A stretch of 64,000 bases of DNA from Vulcanimicrobiota bacterium (GTDB taxonomy: Bacteria > Vulcanimicrobiota > Vulcanimicrobiia > Vulcanimicrobiales > Vulcanimicrobiaceae), in NCBI GenBank assembly GCA_963833095.1, contig CAWHWQ010000001.1, forward strand, positions 672,001 through 736,000. Direction: 5' to 3'. Each line of letters opens with the position of its first letter. Position 1 is the stretch's first letter. The notes beneath the pieces are model-generated. The model made no database searches and was not told the DNA's origin. It saw only the letters and a list, made by a program, of their open reading frames with translations. Of the stretch, positions 29,929-40,011 are shown piece by piece. The position numbers and the translations under genes are program-made.

Positions 29929-30342
29929 CTAGGGGAGCTTCTTGAGGAAGTTGATTGAGTCAATCTTGCCGTCTTGGCCAATCATCAGCTGCTCGAATAC
30001 CGGGGCGTTGGTGCACTCCATGCGATAGGTATAGCCAACTTCGCCGGGCGGTCCCCCGACAATCCGGAAATGGCCCATCCATACGGTGCTGACCAGCGCA
30101 CCGTAACTGCCCAGCGCTTTGGACATGTTCGAGACGGCATCGTCGGTCAAGCTCGCCTGCGCCGCCGGCGCGTAGTGTGTCTTATCAACGACTCCGGCTT
30201 GCCACGCGACGAATTCGTGACGCGCGACCGTGCTAATCGCGGGATCCTCGGGCGGGAGCGTTGGGGTCGCGGTCGGCGTCGGTCTGGCCCCGGCTCCAAG
30301 CGTCAGAACAAGCGCAGCGCTAATAACGAATGAACGAAACAA
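29929..30342 (-). CDS. Secreted hypothetical protein
   Basis: Signal-like FVISAALVLTLGA and PT-rich linker; start TTG 30342 inferred. Confidence 0.6.
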   Translation of the reverse strand: MFRSFVISAALVLTLGAGARPTPTATPTLPPEDPAISTVARHEFVAWQAGVVDKTHYAPAAQASLTDDAVSNMSKALGSYGALVSTVWMGHFRIVGGPPGEVGYTYRMECTNAPVFEQLMIGQDGKIDSINFLKKLP

Positions 30343-30832
30343 CCTCGACCCCCGGGAGCGCCTCACGGCCCTTGAGCACATCGAGTTCAATGAGGAACGC
30401 GAAGGCATCGACGTGCGCTCCTAAGCGTTCAAGAAGACGACGCGTCGCCGCCGCTGTGCCGCCGGTCGCAAGCAAATCGTCGACGACGATCACACGATCG
30501 CCGTTGCCAAGCGCATCGGCGTGAATCTCGAGCGAGTTCGTTCCGTATTCCAGCGCATAGGATTCCGAAAGCTTGCTGTACGGCAGCTTGCCGGGTTTAC
30601 GCACCGGGATAAATCCGGCGCCGATGGCGTAGGCAAGGGGAGCTCCCAGCATGTAACCCCGCGCCTCGACGCCGACCACGTAATCGATCTTTTGATTCTT
30701 GAATCGGTCGACGAAAAGATCGATCGCTTCCTTGAACCCGTCTTTGTCTTTGAGAAGCGGCGTGATATCGCGAAAGAGGATCCCCGGAAGCGGAAAGTCG
30801 GGAATCGCTCGAATCAAATCTTGTGTCTTCAC
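30320..30832 (-). CDS. apt: Adenine phosphoribosyltransferase
   Basis: IPDFPLPGILFRDITPLL, EARG, RKPGKLP, LEYG and VDDLLATGGT. Confidence 0.97.
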   Translation of the reverse strand: MKTQDLIRAIPDFPLPGILFRDITPLLKDKDGFKEAIDLFVDRFKNQKIDYVVGVEARGYMLGAPLAYAIGAGFIPVRKPGKLPYSKLSESYALEYGTNSLEIHADALGNGDRVIVVDDLLATGGTAAATRRLLERLGAHVDAFAFLIELDVLKGREALPGVEVVSFIRY

Positions 30833-30851
30833 GACGGACGGGCATTCACCA

Positions 30852-31622
30852 GTGAAATACCAAGACCTCCGGCGCCTCGCCATCGCATTTGCATGTGCGC
30901 TCGCTCTCCACGTGGTGGCGGTTTCACTGATTCCCGCGCCCAAACCCATCACGACGCAGGATGAGCCGATTGTCGCCCGCGTCACCATCGCGCGCATCCT
31001 CCGAACGCCAAGACCAAGTCCTACGCCGGCACCGCTCCACCGCCTGACAACTTCTCAGGCTCCCGCAGGCGCGCACGCGCGCATCGAACGCGTCAAAGCC
31101 GCCGGCGCCAGGCGGCCCACCCCGCCAAAGGTCGTGTACGCGACGCCTGACGTTTCGATCCCGACCGGCGGTCAAGGTGCGGGCGCGCAGAACGGTCAGG
31201 ATTCCGGAAGCCTTTCAGACGTCAACGGCAATGGGAACGGCGCCGGCGACGCTGGCAACGGCAGCGGGAATGCCTCAGCGCCATGCGGCGCGGTCGACTT
31301 CGAATCCACGGGACAAGCTCGTTACGACGCGCAGACTGGCGACTACGAGCGGAACAACATTTTGGCTACGGTTTACTACACGGACGGGTCATCCGAGCGG
31401 ATTCCGCTCGACTGGACGTGGCACTACAAGAGTGAGGATGTTGACCCGTTCGCATCGAGCTCGCCAATGCTTTTCCAGTTTCCACCGCTGCAGCAGCGAC
31501 CAACCGAGCCACCACCGATCCAGTACATCATCGCTCACACCACCGCCGACGGCCGAACCAGACTGAACGATCACTGCCCGAATATTCCGCCGCCGCCGTC
31601 AGCCAGCCCGCAACCCCATTAA
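30852..31622 (+). CDS. Membrane-anchored Pro/Gly-rich hypothetical protein (TonB-like N-terminal architecture)
   Basis: AFACALALH anchor, Pro-rich linker, GNG-rich segment and Cys-flanked C-terminal domain. Confidence 0.6.
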   Translation: MKYQDLRRLAIAFACALALHVVAVSLIPAPKPITTQDEPIVARVTIARILRTPRPSPTPAPLHRLTTSQAPAGAHARIERVKAAGARRPTPPKVVYATPDVSIPTGGQGAGAQNGQDSGSLSDVNGNGNGAGDAGNGSGNASAPCGAVDFESTGQARYDAQTGDYERNNILATVYYTDGSSERIPLDWTWHYKSEDVDPFASSSPMLFQFPPLQQRPTEPPPIQYIIAHTTADGRTRLNDHCPNIPPPPSASPQPH

Positions 31623-33647
31623 AAGATCCGCGAGCTCGTTGGGCGGAATCGCGCGGCTGAAATGGTAGCCTTGCGCGCGCTCGCAGGTGAGTTCGTTGAT
31701 GAAATCCCACTGCGCTTCGGTCTCGACGCCTTCGGCAATAATCTCCAGGTTGAGCGAACGCGCGAGCGCCACGATAGCGCGGACGATCGCGCGATCTTGC
31801 GGATCGTCGCCGGCGTCGCGGATGAATGTGCGGTCGATTTTTACCGCGCTGATCGGTAGGCGCTTGAGATACCCGAGCGCACTGTAGGCAACGCCGAAAT
31901 CGTCGACAATGATCCGAACGCCCAGGCCGCTGAGCGTTCGCATGGTCATCAACGCTACGTCGTCGATCTTCATGTTCTCGGTTATCTCGATCTCGAGCCC
32001 GTGCGGCGGCAAGCCGGTTTCAGCGAGGATATCGCGAATCGTGTCCGCCAAATCTACTTCGCCGAAATCGCGCGCAGAAAGGTTGACCGCCATGCGGAAC
32101 TGCGGGTGCCCAAGCGATCGAATGCGCGCAGCTTCGCGGCAGGCTTCATGCAGCACCCAACGCGAGATGGGGACTATCAATCCCGTCTCCTCGGCGATGG
32201 CAATGAATTCTTCCGGCATGATTTCGCCGTGCTTCGAGTGCTGCCAGCGCAGCAATGCCTCGGCACCGACCAACTCGGCGCTGACCGCGTCGACGATAGG
32301 CTGGTAAAGCAGCTTGAATTCCCCGCGCGGAATCGCGTAGTGAAGATCCTGTTCGAGACGCAGACGATACGAGGCCAGCTCATCGCTGCCCACGTCAAAG
32401 AATCCGATGCGCGAGCGGCCGCTGTATTTTGCGCGATACATCGCCGAATCAGCTCGTGAAAGCAGCTCTTCGACGCTCGCGCCATCGTCGGGATACGTAG
32501 CGGCGCCGATGCTTGCGCTCACGAACAACTGCCGATCGGCAATGAAAAACGGCTCGGAAAGCGCGAGCTGGATGTCGGCGGTGATCATTGGAACGCTGAT
32601 CGTTTGCCCCAGCTCCAACGTAACGATGAACTCGTCTCCGCCGCTGCGGAAAACGCTCGCGCTCGGATCGACGGCGCGGCGCAAACGCACCGCAAACTGG
32701 CACAACAGATCGTCACCGGCCCGATGACCCAGTGTATCGTTGATTGTCTTGAAGCGGTCCAGGTCGACGAAGAGCACCCCGAGACGCTTGTCGTGCTCTT
32801 CAGCGTGAGCAACGAGTTCGCTCATCTGCTCCTCTAGCGCGAAGCGGTTGGGCAGTTGGGTGAGAGCGTCTAGGCGGGCGAGGCGCGCGAGATGATCGGC
32901 GGTCTCCTTCATCTCCGTGATGTCCAGCGCGACGCCGATAGCACCGATGATCTGCCCGTTCGTTCCGCGCAGCGGCTCGACGTGATGCTGCATCCAGCGC
33001 CCGCTGTGAAAAGATTCGAAGCGCTGCGAATCACCACTAAAAACCCGTCGAATCTGGTCGACTTGGGTCTCACCGAGCTCCTTTTGCGTGAAACTCTGTG
33101 CCGAAGGCGCCGTTCCGACGAACGATGTGAAGCGCATATCGAGATCGACCGTCCACACCAACGCGGGAACCTGCTCAAGCAAGAGACGCAGGCGCCGTTC
33201 TGAATCGCGCAGGGCGATTTCCGCGCGCTTGCGGTCGCTGACGTCGCGAAGAGACACGAGCACTTCGTGCACCGCGGGCTGAATGCGAACCTCGACCCAC
33301 ATGTTGCTGGCCGGGAAGAATTGTGTGCGCTCGATCGGCATGCCGCTCTCACGCACGCGCCGCATCTCAGGTAAAAGGTCCGACGCGAGCGGATCCAGGA
33401 TCTTGTCGATGCGGCGACCTACCAGGTCTGCCGCCGTTTCGTGAAGCAGATCCTCGGCCTTTTCGTTGACGTGCGTGAATCGCCAACGATCGTCAACAAT
33501 GAAAATTCCGTCTTGAACGCTTTCAAGTACGCTGTAGCGCCGCTCGTCGAAACGACGGGTCGCATGCTTTCGGACGTAGACCAGAATGACGACCGCCGCA
33601 ATGCCGATCGCGAGAATCGCGAGCAGAACGGCAAGCGCCACGATCAC
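31599..33647 (-). CDS. PAS-PAS-GGDEF-EAL diguanylate cyclase/phosphodiesterase
   Basis: N-terminal TM; DLDRFKTIND, GGDEF, EALLRW, DDFG and AEGVET. Confidence 0.95.
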   Translation of the reverse strand: MIVALAVLLAILAIGIAAVVILVYVRKHATRRFDERRYSVLESVQDGIFIVDDRWRFTHVNEKAEDLLHETAADLVGRRIDKILDPLASDLLPEMRRVRESGMPIERTQFFPASNMWVEVRIQPAVHEVLVSLRDVSDRKRAEIALRDSERRLRLLLEQVPALVWTVDLDMRFTSFVGTAPSAQSFTQKELGETQVDQIRRVFSGDSQRFESFHSGRWMQHHVEPLRGTNGQIIGAIGVALDITEMKETADHLARLARLDALTQLPNRFALEEQMSELVAHAEEHDKRLGVLFVDLDRFKTINDTLGHRAGDDLLCQFAVRLRRAVDPSASVFRSGGDEFIVTLELGQTISVPMITADIQLALSEPFFIADRQLFVSASIGAATYPDDGASVEELLSRADSAMYRAKYSGRSRIGFFDVGSDELASYRLRLEQDLHYAIPRGEFKLLYQPIVDAVSAELVGAEALLRWQHSKHGEIMPEEFIAIAEETGLIVPISRWVLHEACREAARIRSLGHPQFRMAVNLSARDFGEVDLADTIRDILAETGLPPHGLEIEITENMKIDDVALMTMRTLSGLGVRIIVDDFGVAYSALGYLKRLPISAVKIDRTFIRDAGDDPQDRAIVRAIVALARSLNLEIIAEGVETEAQWDFINELTCERAQGYHFSRAIPPNELADLLMGLRAG

Positions 33648-35170
33648 AACACGCCGCGCTCCTCGAGCTTGTCGCGCAGATCGTTGCGCGAACCGACGTT
33701 AAACAGGTTGTACAAGGTTTGCACTTCCCGTTTGATCGTGAATTCACTACGGCTGAATCGGCGTGACAGCTGCTTCGTATCCAGACCTTCGCAAACGGAG
33801 AGAGCAAGTTGCCGCTGCATCGGCGTCAACCCTTCGATCCACGGGGTCGCTTGGCGCGAAATTCGCTCGGTCATGAATTTGTAGAAGGCGCTCTTCGGGA
33901 ACGCACCGGCATGCGTGCGGGCACGCTCGATCCACACCGCCGCGCCGGTGATCTCGGCCAAGCCTTGCGCCGCCAATGCGGCGCGGAAGTGATGCTCGGC
34001 TTCATCGAAGATCTTGTACGCAACTTCGAAGGCCGTGATCGCGCTCTCGCGATTTCCTAGAACTTGATTCACGCAGCCCGAGGCATACTGCGCGTAGCCG
34101 GCCGTGCGCAGATCATGCGCATGCGACAGGGTGGGGTCGACGCTATCCTTGCCCATGCGCGTGTAACTCGAGACATAGCGCTGTGCTTGACCCATGTCAA
34201 CGGGGGCGAAGAGCACGGCGAGCGTCACCAAAGCCTGGCGCTCTTCGCCGGTGGTTGCAGCCCACTCCAGGTCACGCGCGATAGCTTGGGCCTGCATGAG
34301 TTCGTCGCGTGCCCAAGGTTCGTTGCGATTCATGCGCGCGACATAGGCGCGGTCGACGTGCGACATCACCCGCCACGCGTCCGTGGGTGCAACTTCCTTC
34401 GAATCCCGGAAGAGCCACTGCGCGCGAGCCGAGTCTCCCCGCATGAAAGCGTCCCACGCCATCGCGCGTAGGCTGAGGAACTGCTCCTCGGCAAGTTCCG
34501 CCGGCCAGGCTAGCGATTCATAAAGGTTACGCGCGTCGTCGGCTGCCTCATTGTCGCCAAGCTCCGCAGCGACGCGTATTAGGGCGTGCACGGCGCGCGC
34601 AGTCGAGAAGTACTCGACAACTGTCGGATACTCGCGAGCGAGCGCGAGAGCAGCCCGCAGGTCCGTGATCTGCGCGTGATAGTTTCCTTGACCGGCATGC
34701 GCCCACGCGCGCCAGATGAGCGTGAGCATCCGCGAGCCCGGATCGGGGTGCGCGAGCGCGACGGCAAAATTCGGGTCGTTCGGGTCGAAAGCGCCTTGCA
34801 TGGTGCGCAGACGTGCGCGCTGGTGTGCGATGGTGGCGAGAAGCGATGGGTCGTTCTCAGCGACACTCTCCGCATGCGTAAACATTTCGGCTGCGCCGTC
34901 AAAGTTGCGTGTGCCCGCGTAGGCGCGCCCGGATAAAACGTAATATTGGAAGCGCGTCTCGCCGCTCTTGAGGACGTCACTCGAGCGAGCCAAGGCTTCG
35001 AGCGCGTCGACGGGATCGCGATAGGTCAGGATTTCGGCGCGCAACAGATGGGCGCGCTCGTGCTGCGGCGAGGGCCAACCTTCGAACCCGCCGAGGCACG
35101 CGAGGGCTGCTTCGTACCGTCCGGTACGAAGCAGTTCGCGCGCCTCGTCTAGTTGCTGCTGCTGTGCCAT
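33644..35170 (-). CDS. TPR-like helical-repeat protein with C-terminal LuxR-type HTH
   Basis: All-helical Ala-rich body; LTPMQRQLALSVCEGLDTKQLS..SEFTIKREVQTLYNLFNV resembles a LuxR HTH. Confidence 0.8.
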   Translation of the reverse strand: MAQQQQLDEARELLRTGRYEAALACLGGFEGWPSPQHERAHLLRAEILTYRDPVDALEALARSSDVLKSGETRFQYYVLSGRAYAGTRNFDGAAEMFTHAESVAENDPSLLATIAHQRARLRTMQGAFDPNDPNFAVALAHPDPGSRMLTLIWRAWAHAGQGNYHAQITDLRAALALAREYPTVVEYFSTARAVHALIRVAAELGDNEAADDARNLYESLAWPAELAEEQFLSLRAMAWDAFMRGDSARAQWLFRDSKEVAPTDAWRVMSHVDRAYVARMNRNEPWARDELMQAQAIARDLEWAATTGEERQALVTLAVLFAPVDMGQAQRYVSSYTRMGKDSVDPTLSHAHDLRTAGYAQYASGCVNQVLGNRESAITAFEVAYKIFDEAEHHFRAALAAQGLAEITGAAVWIERARTHAGAFPKSAFYKFMTERISRQATPWIEGLTPMQRQLALSVCEGLDTKQLSRRFSRSEFTIKREVQTLYNLFNVGSRNDLRDKLEERGVL

Positions 35171-35180
35171 TGCGGATCGC

Positions 35181-36236
35181 TTAGTCGTTCAGCGTTCCGG
35201 CTTGGGTGATCTGCCCGACCGTGGCAGTCACGGATGGTCCCTGGAAGGACGCGCCCTGCGACGCGTCGGCACCGGAAGCGACGATGTTCTGTCCGCTTGC
35301 CGTGGTGTAGTTGTTGTAGATGACGAGCTGGTACGTACCAGCGTTGATCGCGTGCAGGTCGTAGTTGCCGTTTGCATCCGTATTGATAGTGTTGGCAACG
35401 TGGCCTTGCGCGTTGAGCGCGACGACGACCGCGTTTTGGACCGGCTGCCCTGCCGCGTTCACGATCGTGCCTTGGACTTCACCTGCGTTGGCCGTCGCGA
35501 CGGCGAAGAGCGCCGGCTGGGCAACGATCTGACCAGAGCTGCTCTGGTTGAGCGATTCGAGGGCGTTGAAGTCGGCCATCACCGCTGCGGCTGGATTGCC
35601 GCCGATCATGAACTGTCCGCCAACCGTCATCGTAACCGTCGTCGAATTTCCGGTCGTGGTCGTCCACTTTCCGGCGCCGGCACTACTTTGCGTGGATGCG
35701 CCGACCTGGAATTGAATCGGCATCGTGGTGCCGTTCGCGACGATGTTGCTCGTCGCGGTGTCGACCACGAACTGAACGTGATCGTAGTTGCCCGAGTAGA
35801 GCTGACCGATCCCGATCGACGATGGTTCGCCGCCGTTCGCCATGACATTCACGACGTAGGGCGTCGAGTAGGTGGCGATGGTCGTCACTTGGCCTTGATA
35901 GACCACGTTGACCGCGTCGATGCCGAGGTTGACCGACGTCACATTGAGGTTGCCGATCACCGGCGACGCGTCGCCGAGCAAAAGGCCGAAGACAAGGCCC
36001 AGCAGCATGCCGCCGCCGCCCGTCACATCGTTGGCATGCTTCGACGTCTTCGCTATGGTGGAAGCGGACGGCAACCACCCAGAAGTAGTCTTGGTCGCGG
36101 TCGCGGGCGAGCTCGAGCTTGAGCCCGATGCCGCTGCCGACGACAGCGCCGGCAGAGACGAGCCCGCCGAGCCGGAACATCCGGCCAGGTAGGTGATCAG
36201 CACGAGTACCGCGCCGATCGAAGAGATACGTTTCAC
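35181..36236 (-). CDS. Lipoprotein with DUF4382-like and carboxypeptidase-regulatory-like domains
   Basis: SD AGGAGG; lipobox LAGC; LGDASP..VTSVNLGI; VQGTIVNAAGQPVQNAVV..TDANGNY..GTYQL. Confidence 0.7.
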   Translation of the reverse strand: MKRISSIGAVLVLITYLAGCSGSAGSSLPALSSAAASGSSSSSPATATKTTSGWLPSASTIAKTSKHANDVTGGGGMLLGLVFGLLLGDASPVIGNLNVTSVNLGIDAVNVVYQGQVTTIATYSTPYVVNVMANGGEPSSIGIGQLYSGNYDHVQFVVDTATSNIVANGTTMPIQFQVGASTQSSAGAGKWTTTTGNSTTVTMTVGGQFMIGGNPAAAVMADFNALESLNQSSSGQIVAQPALFAVATANAGEVQGTIVNAAGQPVQNAVVVALNAQGHVANTINTDANGNYDLHAINAGTYQLVIYNNYTTASGQNIVASGADASQGASFQGPSVTATVGQITQAGTLND

Positions 36237-36583
36237 GAGGAATGGCCTCCTAACAGCAGCAAGGGACGCGGCTCTTACAGAGCCCCGCCACACCCTCACC
36301 ACAATTATGGTGCAAGAGCGTGTTCATAGGTTGATCAAGTCGGCGTAAAGCGCATAGTTTGTGTTTGCGCAGCGTCAAGCGGATGTAAAGACCGCTTTAC
36401 GGACGCGACCGGTAGGACAAGTGGACCATTCGAATCCGCGCCTCTCGGCGCGGACACGCGATCGCCCTTAGGGCTGATCGACGGCCGAGCAAGCAACGGC
36501 TCGGCGTGAGCGCGTATGTTACGATGGCCCGAGTATCCCGAGTATACGGAAGCCCCCTTGGGCTAAGTACGCAGGAGGCGAAT

Positions 36584-38827
36584 GTGCGTTCGCGCTTTCT
36601 TCTTGCCATCGGCGCGGGCTTTGCGCTCTGCGCATGCGCCGGCGTTCAGTCGTTTGCGCCTACGTCCGGTGCGCAGTCATCATTTCTACTAACGCCCGCA
36701 TCAGTGGACCTCACCCCTAGCGCGCCATCCGACACCTTCAACGGTCAAGGCGACGTTGCAGGAGTCACCTACACGCCGGTGGCCTCGTCCGAATGTGCGG
36801 CGGCCGGCGGCAGCCTCGTCGTGAGCGGCAATGGCGTTGCGCAGCTCGACGTTGCGGGCGCTCCCTTAATATTTACCGTCAACGCCGTGGGTGCGGCGCC
36901 ACCGCCGACCTGTACCGTCACGGTATCGGGCTCCGACGGGACCTCCGCCTCGGTCGCCGTGACCTACGACAACTCGCCGGTCACCGATCTTCCCGACGCA
37001 CGCAATCGGATTTACGCGGCGCCGTCTGTTACACCAAGCGCTTTGAGCTTTACCTCGGTGGCTTCGGTACAAGAGGTTGCGGTCTCCGGATTCTCCGGCG
37101 TGACAAAAACAAGCGTAACGTGCCATGTGAAATCGAGTGGCGTGCAGGTGTCGCCCACGCAGGTCACCGGCCCAGGCACATTCACGGTAATTCCCTTCGG
37201 TCAGGGAGGTGTCTCGAACAACTGCGGGATCGCCATCACCGACGCGCAGGGCGATCAGGGCACAATCGCCGTCGCGCTTTCGATTGGAGCTCTCGCAAAG
37301 CTCACGGCTGCCCCGCGTCAGTTGGAGTTTGCGTGCGCCGGTTCAGCCGCGCCGTACAACTGTCAAAGCATGCAGGCCGTCGCGATCGCGGAGAATGGAA
37401 CGCACACCTACAGCATTGTCACACGGCCAACCCTCAAGGGATCGTGCGCAAACGTCTTCTACGGCCCCCTTACGATGACGACCGACGGCACGACCTATGC
37501 GCAAAGCCTCACCGGATCGGCGCTATCACTCACCTTCGCGGGCTTGCTTAAGACGGCGCCTCCCCCGACTTGCTCCCAAATCGTCATCACCGATGGCGGT
37601 ACACCCGCGCAACGCGCGCAAATCGGCGTCGTTTCAGCCGCCGCGGCTCCGCCCTCCTCCTTGAGCGCAGCGACGCCGCCGCCGTGCACCGGAACCGATC
37701 ATCGGGTTGCCGACCCGACCGCCCCGCACGGTATGTACGTATGGAATCCGTACAAAGTCAACGGCGGCGCGTATGAGCCTTACCTGGAGCAGTACGTGAT
37801 CGGCAAAGATCCCAATCTCTGCGGCGTCAGCATTCTCGTGGGTTGGGCCGACGTTGAGAAAACCAAGGGCAACTTCGATTGGAGTCAGGTCCTTACGTGG
37901 GCGCAGCCCTACGTGAACGCGGGCCTCAGCGTTAACTTGCTCTTCGCGGACGCGTCGGAAGTCGGAACGTCAAACTCGGCAACACCGAAGTGGGTCACCG
38001 ATCCCAGTGGTGATGGCGTCGCCGTCATCACTTGCGACGCCAGCGCAAGTTCTAGCCAACAGGTTCCCTATCCCAACTACATCGATGCGACCTTCGAAAA
38101 AGACTACGAGGCGTTCATCGCCGCGGCGGTAGCCGAGTTCACGCAACCGGCTTCAGCGGGCGGCTCATCGATCACCTCATCCATCGGCTACATGCGATTC
38201 GGTATCGGGGCGGGCGTCGAGGCCTATCCCGGGCACTTCAGCAATTATCCGAATGACACGTGCAGTAAAGCGTTCATCGCGCAAGGCTACTCGTTCCCCG
38301 CGTGGGTTACGCACACGCGCCATATCGTTAACTACATGGGCTCGCTGAATGCAAACGGCAAGCAATTGATGATTGCGCTCAACGAGATCGCCGGATATCC
38401 CAACAGCTTCTACGACTATCCAAACGACGGCGCCGAGGTCGCGGCGAATAATTCCATTGGGTTTGGCACCGAGAACCTCGGTATCGGTCACGTTGCCGAT
38501 GCAGGAACGTCGCCTGCACCATGCAACCCGCAGGGCACCGACGGCAGTATCTATTGGTGCGAAGCCTTCGGCCGTCACGTGGGTACGGTCCCGTTTGAAT
38601 TCCAGCCGATCGAAGCGGTTGCCGTGCCGCTGCCGAGCTACAACATCAGCTTTCCCAACTTGCTCCAGTTCGCGCTTGACAACAACACGCAACTGTTCGA
38701 AATCTATCCGGAGGATTGGCTGGAAGCCGATTCGCCCACGCAGATGTTCCCAGGCGGCGGCGCCGACAGCGCCACGTGGAAATCTGCCTTCAATGCCACC
38801 GCGCTGATCGTAGGAGCGAAGCATTAA
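36584..38827 (+). CDS. Lipoprotein with Ig-like segments and C-terminal glycoside-hydrolase-like domain (GH42/GH5-like)
   Basis: SD AGGAGG; lipobox LCAC; VGWADVEKTKGNFDWS..TPKWV..PNY resembles the GH-A TIM-barrel start. Confidence 0.6.
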   Translation: MRSRFLLAIGAGFALCACAGVQSFAPTSGAQSSFLLTPASVDLTPSAPSDTFNGQGDVAGVTYTPVASSECAAAGGSLVVSGNGVAQLDVAGAPLIFTVNAVGAAPPPTCTVTVSGSDGTSASVAVTYDNSPVTDLPDARNRIYAAPSVTPSALSFTSVASVQEVAVSGFSGVTKTSVTCHVKSSGVQVSPTQVTGPGTFTVIPFGQGGVSNNCGIAITDAQGDQGTIAVALSIGALAKLTAAPRQLEFACAGSAAPYNCQSMQAVAIAENGTHTYSIVTRPTLKGSCANVFYGPLTMTTDGTTYAQSLTGSALSLTFAGLLKTAPPPTCSQIVITDGGTPAQRAQIGVVSAAAAPPSSLSAATPPPCTGTDHRVADPTAPHGMYVWNPYKVNGGAYEPYLEQYVIGKDPNLCGVSILVGWADVEKTKGNFDWSQVLTWAQPYVNAGLSVNLLFADASEVGTSNSATPKWVTDPSGDGVAVITCDASASSSQQVPYPNYIDATFEKDYEAFIAAAVAEFTQPASAGGSSITSSIGYMRFGIGAGVEAYPGHFSNYPNDTCSKAFIAQGYSFPAWVTHTRHIVNYMGSLNANGKQLMIALNEIAGYPNSFYDYPNDGAEVAANNSIGFGTENLGIGHVADAGTSPAPCNPQGTDGSIYWCEAFGRHVGTVPFEFQPIEAVAVPLPSYNISFPNLLQFALDNNTQLFEIYPEDWLEADSPTQMFPGGGADSATWKSAFNATALIVGAKH

Positions 38828-40011
38828 TGCGCACGAAAATTCTCGGAGCACTCCTCGGCTGTATCGCGATTGCAGCGTGCGGCGGCGGAAGTCTGGCCCC
38901 TGCCAACCCGTCTCCCGGCGCGACCGCGCCCGGGACCGTCACGGTGTCGCCGCCGAAAATCCCACTGCGCGGGCTGCTCGACATGCAAGACATCTCGTGG
39001 CACGACACCGACAATGCGACACCGCCGCCGTTCGACATCTCCTACGTTCAGGGGTTTCCCGGATCGTTCGGCGGGGTCGTGATCAACGTTGCGTGGAGTC
39101 AGATGCAGTCGAGTGCGAATGCAACCATCAACACCTCGGTGATCGACACGGCGCTCGCGAGTATCACCTCCTACAATACTACGAATCAATCTTCGCCGTT
39201 GGGCGTCAAGCTGCGCATTTACGCCGGTAGCAACGCCCCACTCTGGGCCAAGGACATGCCCGGCGGCCCGATCACCATCTACCGCAATCCCGCCGGCTGC
39301 AATGGACAAACCGATACCTGCCCGCTCACCGTCGGACCGTATTGGACGACGCCCTACATCACGGCGTGGCGCGCGTTTCAAGCGCAAGTCGCTGCGAAGT
39401 ACGATACCAATCCGCTGATCATCGCCGTCGCGGTGACGTCGTGCGCCGAGCAGACCGACGAACCGTTCGTTTCGTCGACCGGACCGATCAGCAAAGCAAA
39501 CCTGAGAGCTGCCGGCCTCACCGACACCTTGCAGCAGTCGTGCCTCTCCGGCGCAATGACCGACTACGCGGCGTGGACGAACACCGATATCGACTACACG
39601 TTCAATTCGTACAACGAGCTTAGCGGGGGCCTCGACACGGCATTCAGCCAAAGTGTGATGACGATCTGCCGGCAAATGGCTCCAAACCGCTGCGTGCTCG
39701 ACAACCACGCCTTGCAGACGCCGATCACGAGCGACCCGGGAATCTACACTGACATCCAAAGCATGGGCGGCTTGATTAACTTCCAAACGCAGGCGCCTGA
39801 AGGGATGGGCTGCATCTGGCCAGAGACAATCACGCAAGGGCTGATCCTTGGGGCGCGCGCGATCGAACTATGGCCTGAAAAGAAGTATCAGGGATTCGTC
39901 ACGCTCACGGTGCCGGAAGTGCAGGCATTACAAGCTCTCTTCTTTGCGCCGGTTCCCACCTCGACGCCGGTGCCGAATCCGCTGCCCACGCCGTGCAGCG
40001 GTTACAACTAG
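38827..40011 (+). CDS. Lipoprotein with related glycoside-hydrolase-like domain
   Basis: TAATG coupling; lipobox IAAC-GGG; INVAWSQMQ, KLRIYAG..APLWAK, PYW and AAKYDTNP. Confidence 0.6.
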   Translation: MRTKILGALLGCIAIAACGGGSLAPANPSPGATAPGTVTVSPPKIPLRGLLDMQDISWHDTDNATPPPFDISYVQGFPGSFGGVVINVAWSQMQSSANATINTSVIDTALASITSYNTTNQSSPLGVKLRIYAGSNAPLWAKDMPGGPITIYRNPAGCNGQTDTCPLTVGPYWTTPYITAWRAFQAQVAAKYDTNPLIIAVAVTSCAEQTDEPFVSSTGPISKANLRAAGLTDTLQQSCLSGAMTDYAAWTNTDIDYTFNSYNELSGGLDTAFSQSVMTICRQMAPNRCVLDNHALQTPITSDPGIYTDIQSMGGLINFQTQAPEGMGCIWPETITQGLILGARAIELWPEKKYQGFVTLTVPEVQALQALFFAPVPTSTPVPNPLPTPCSGYN

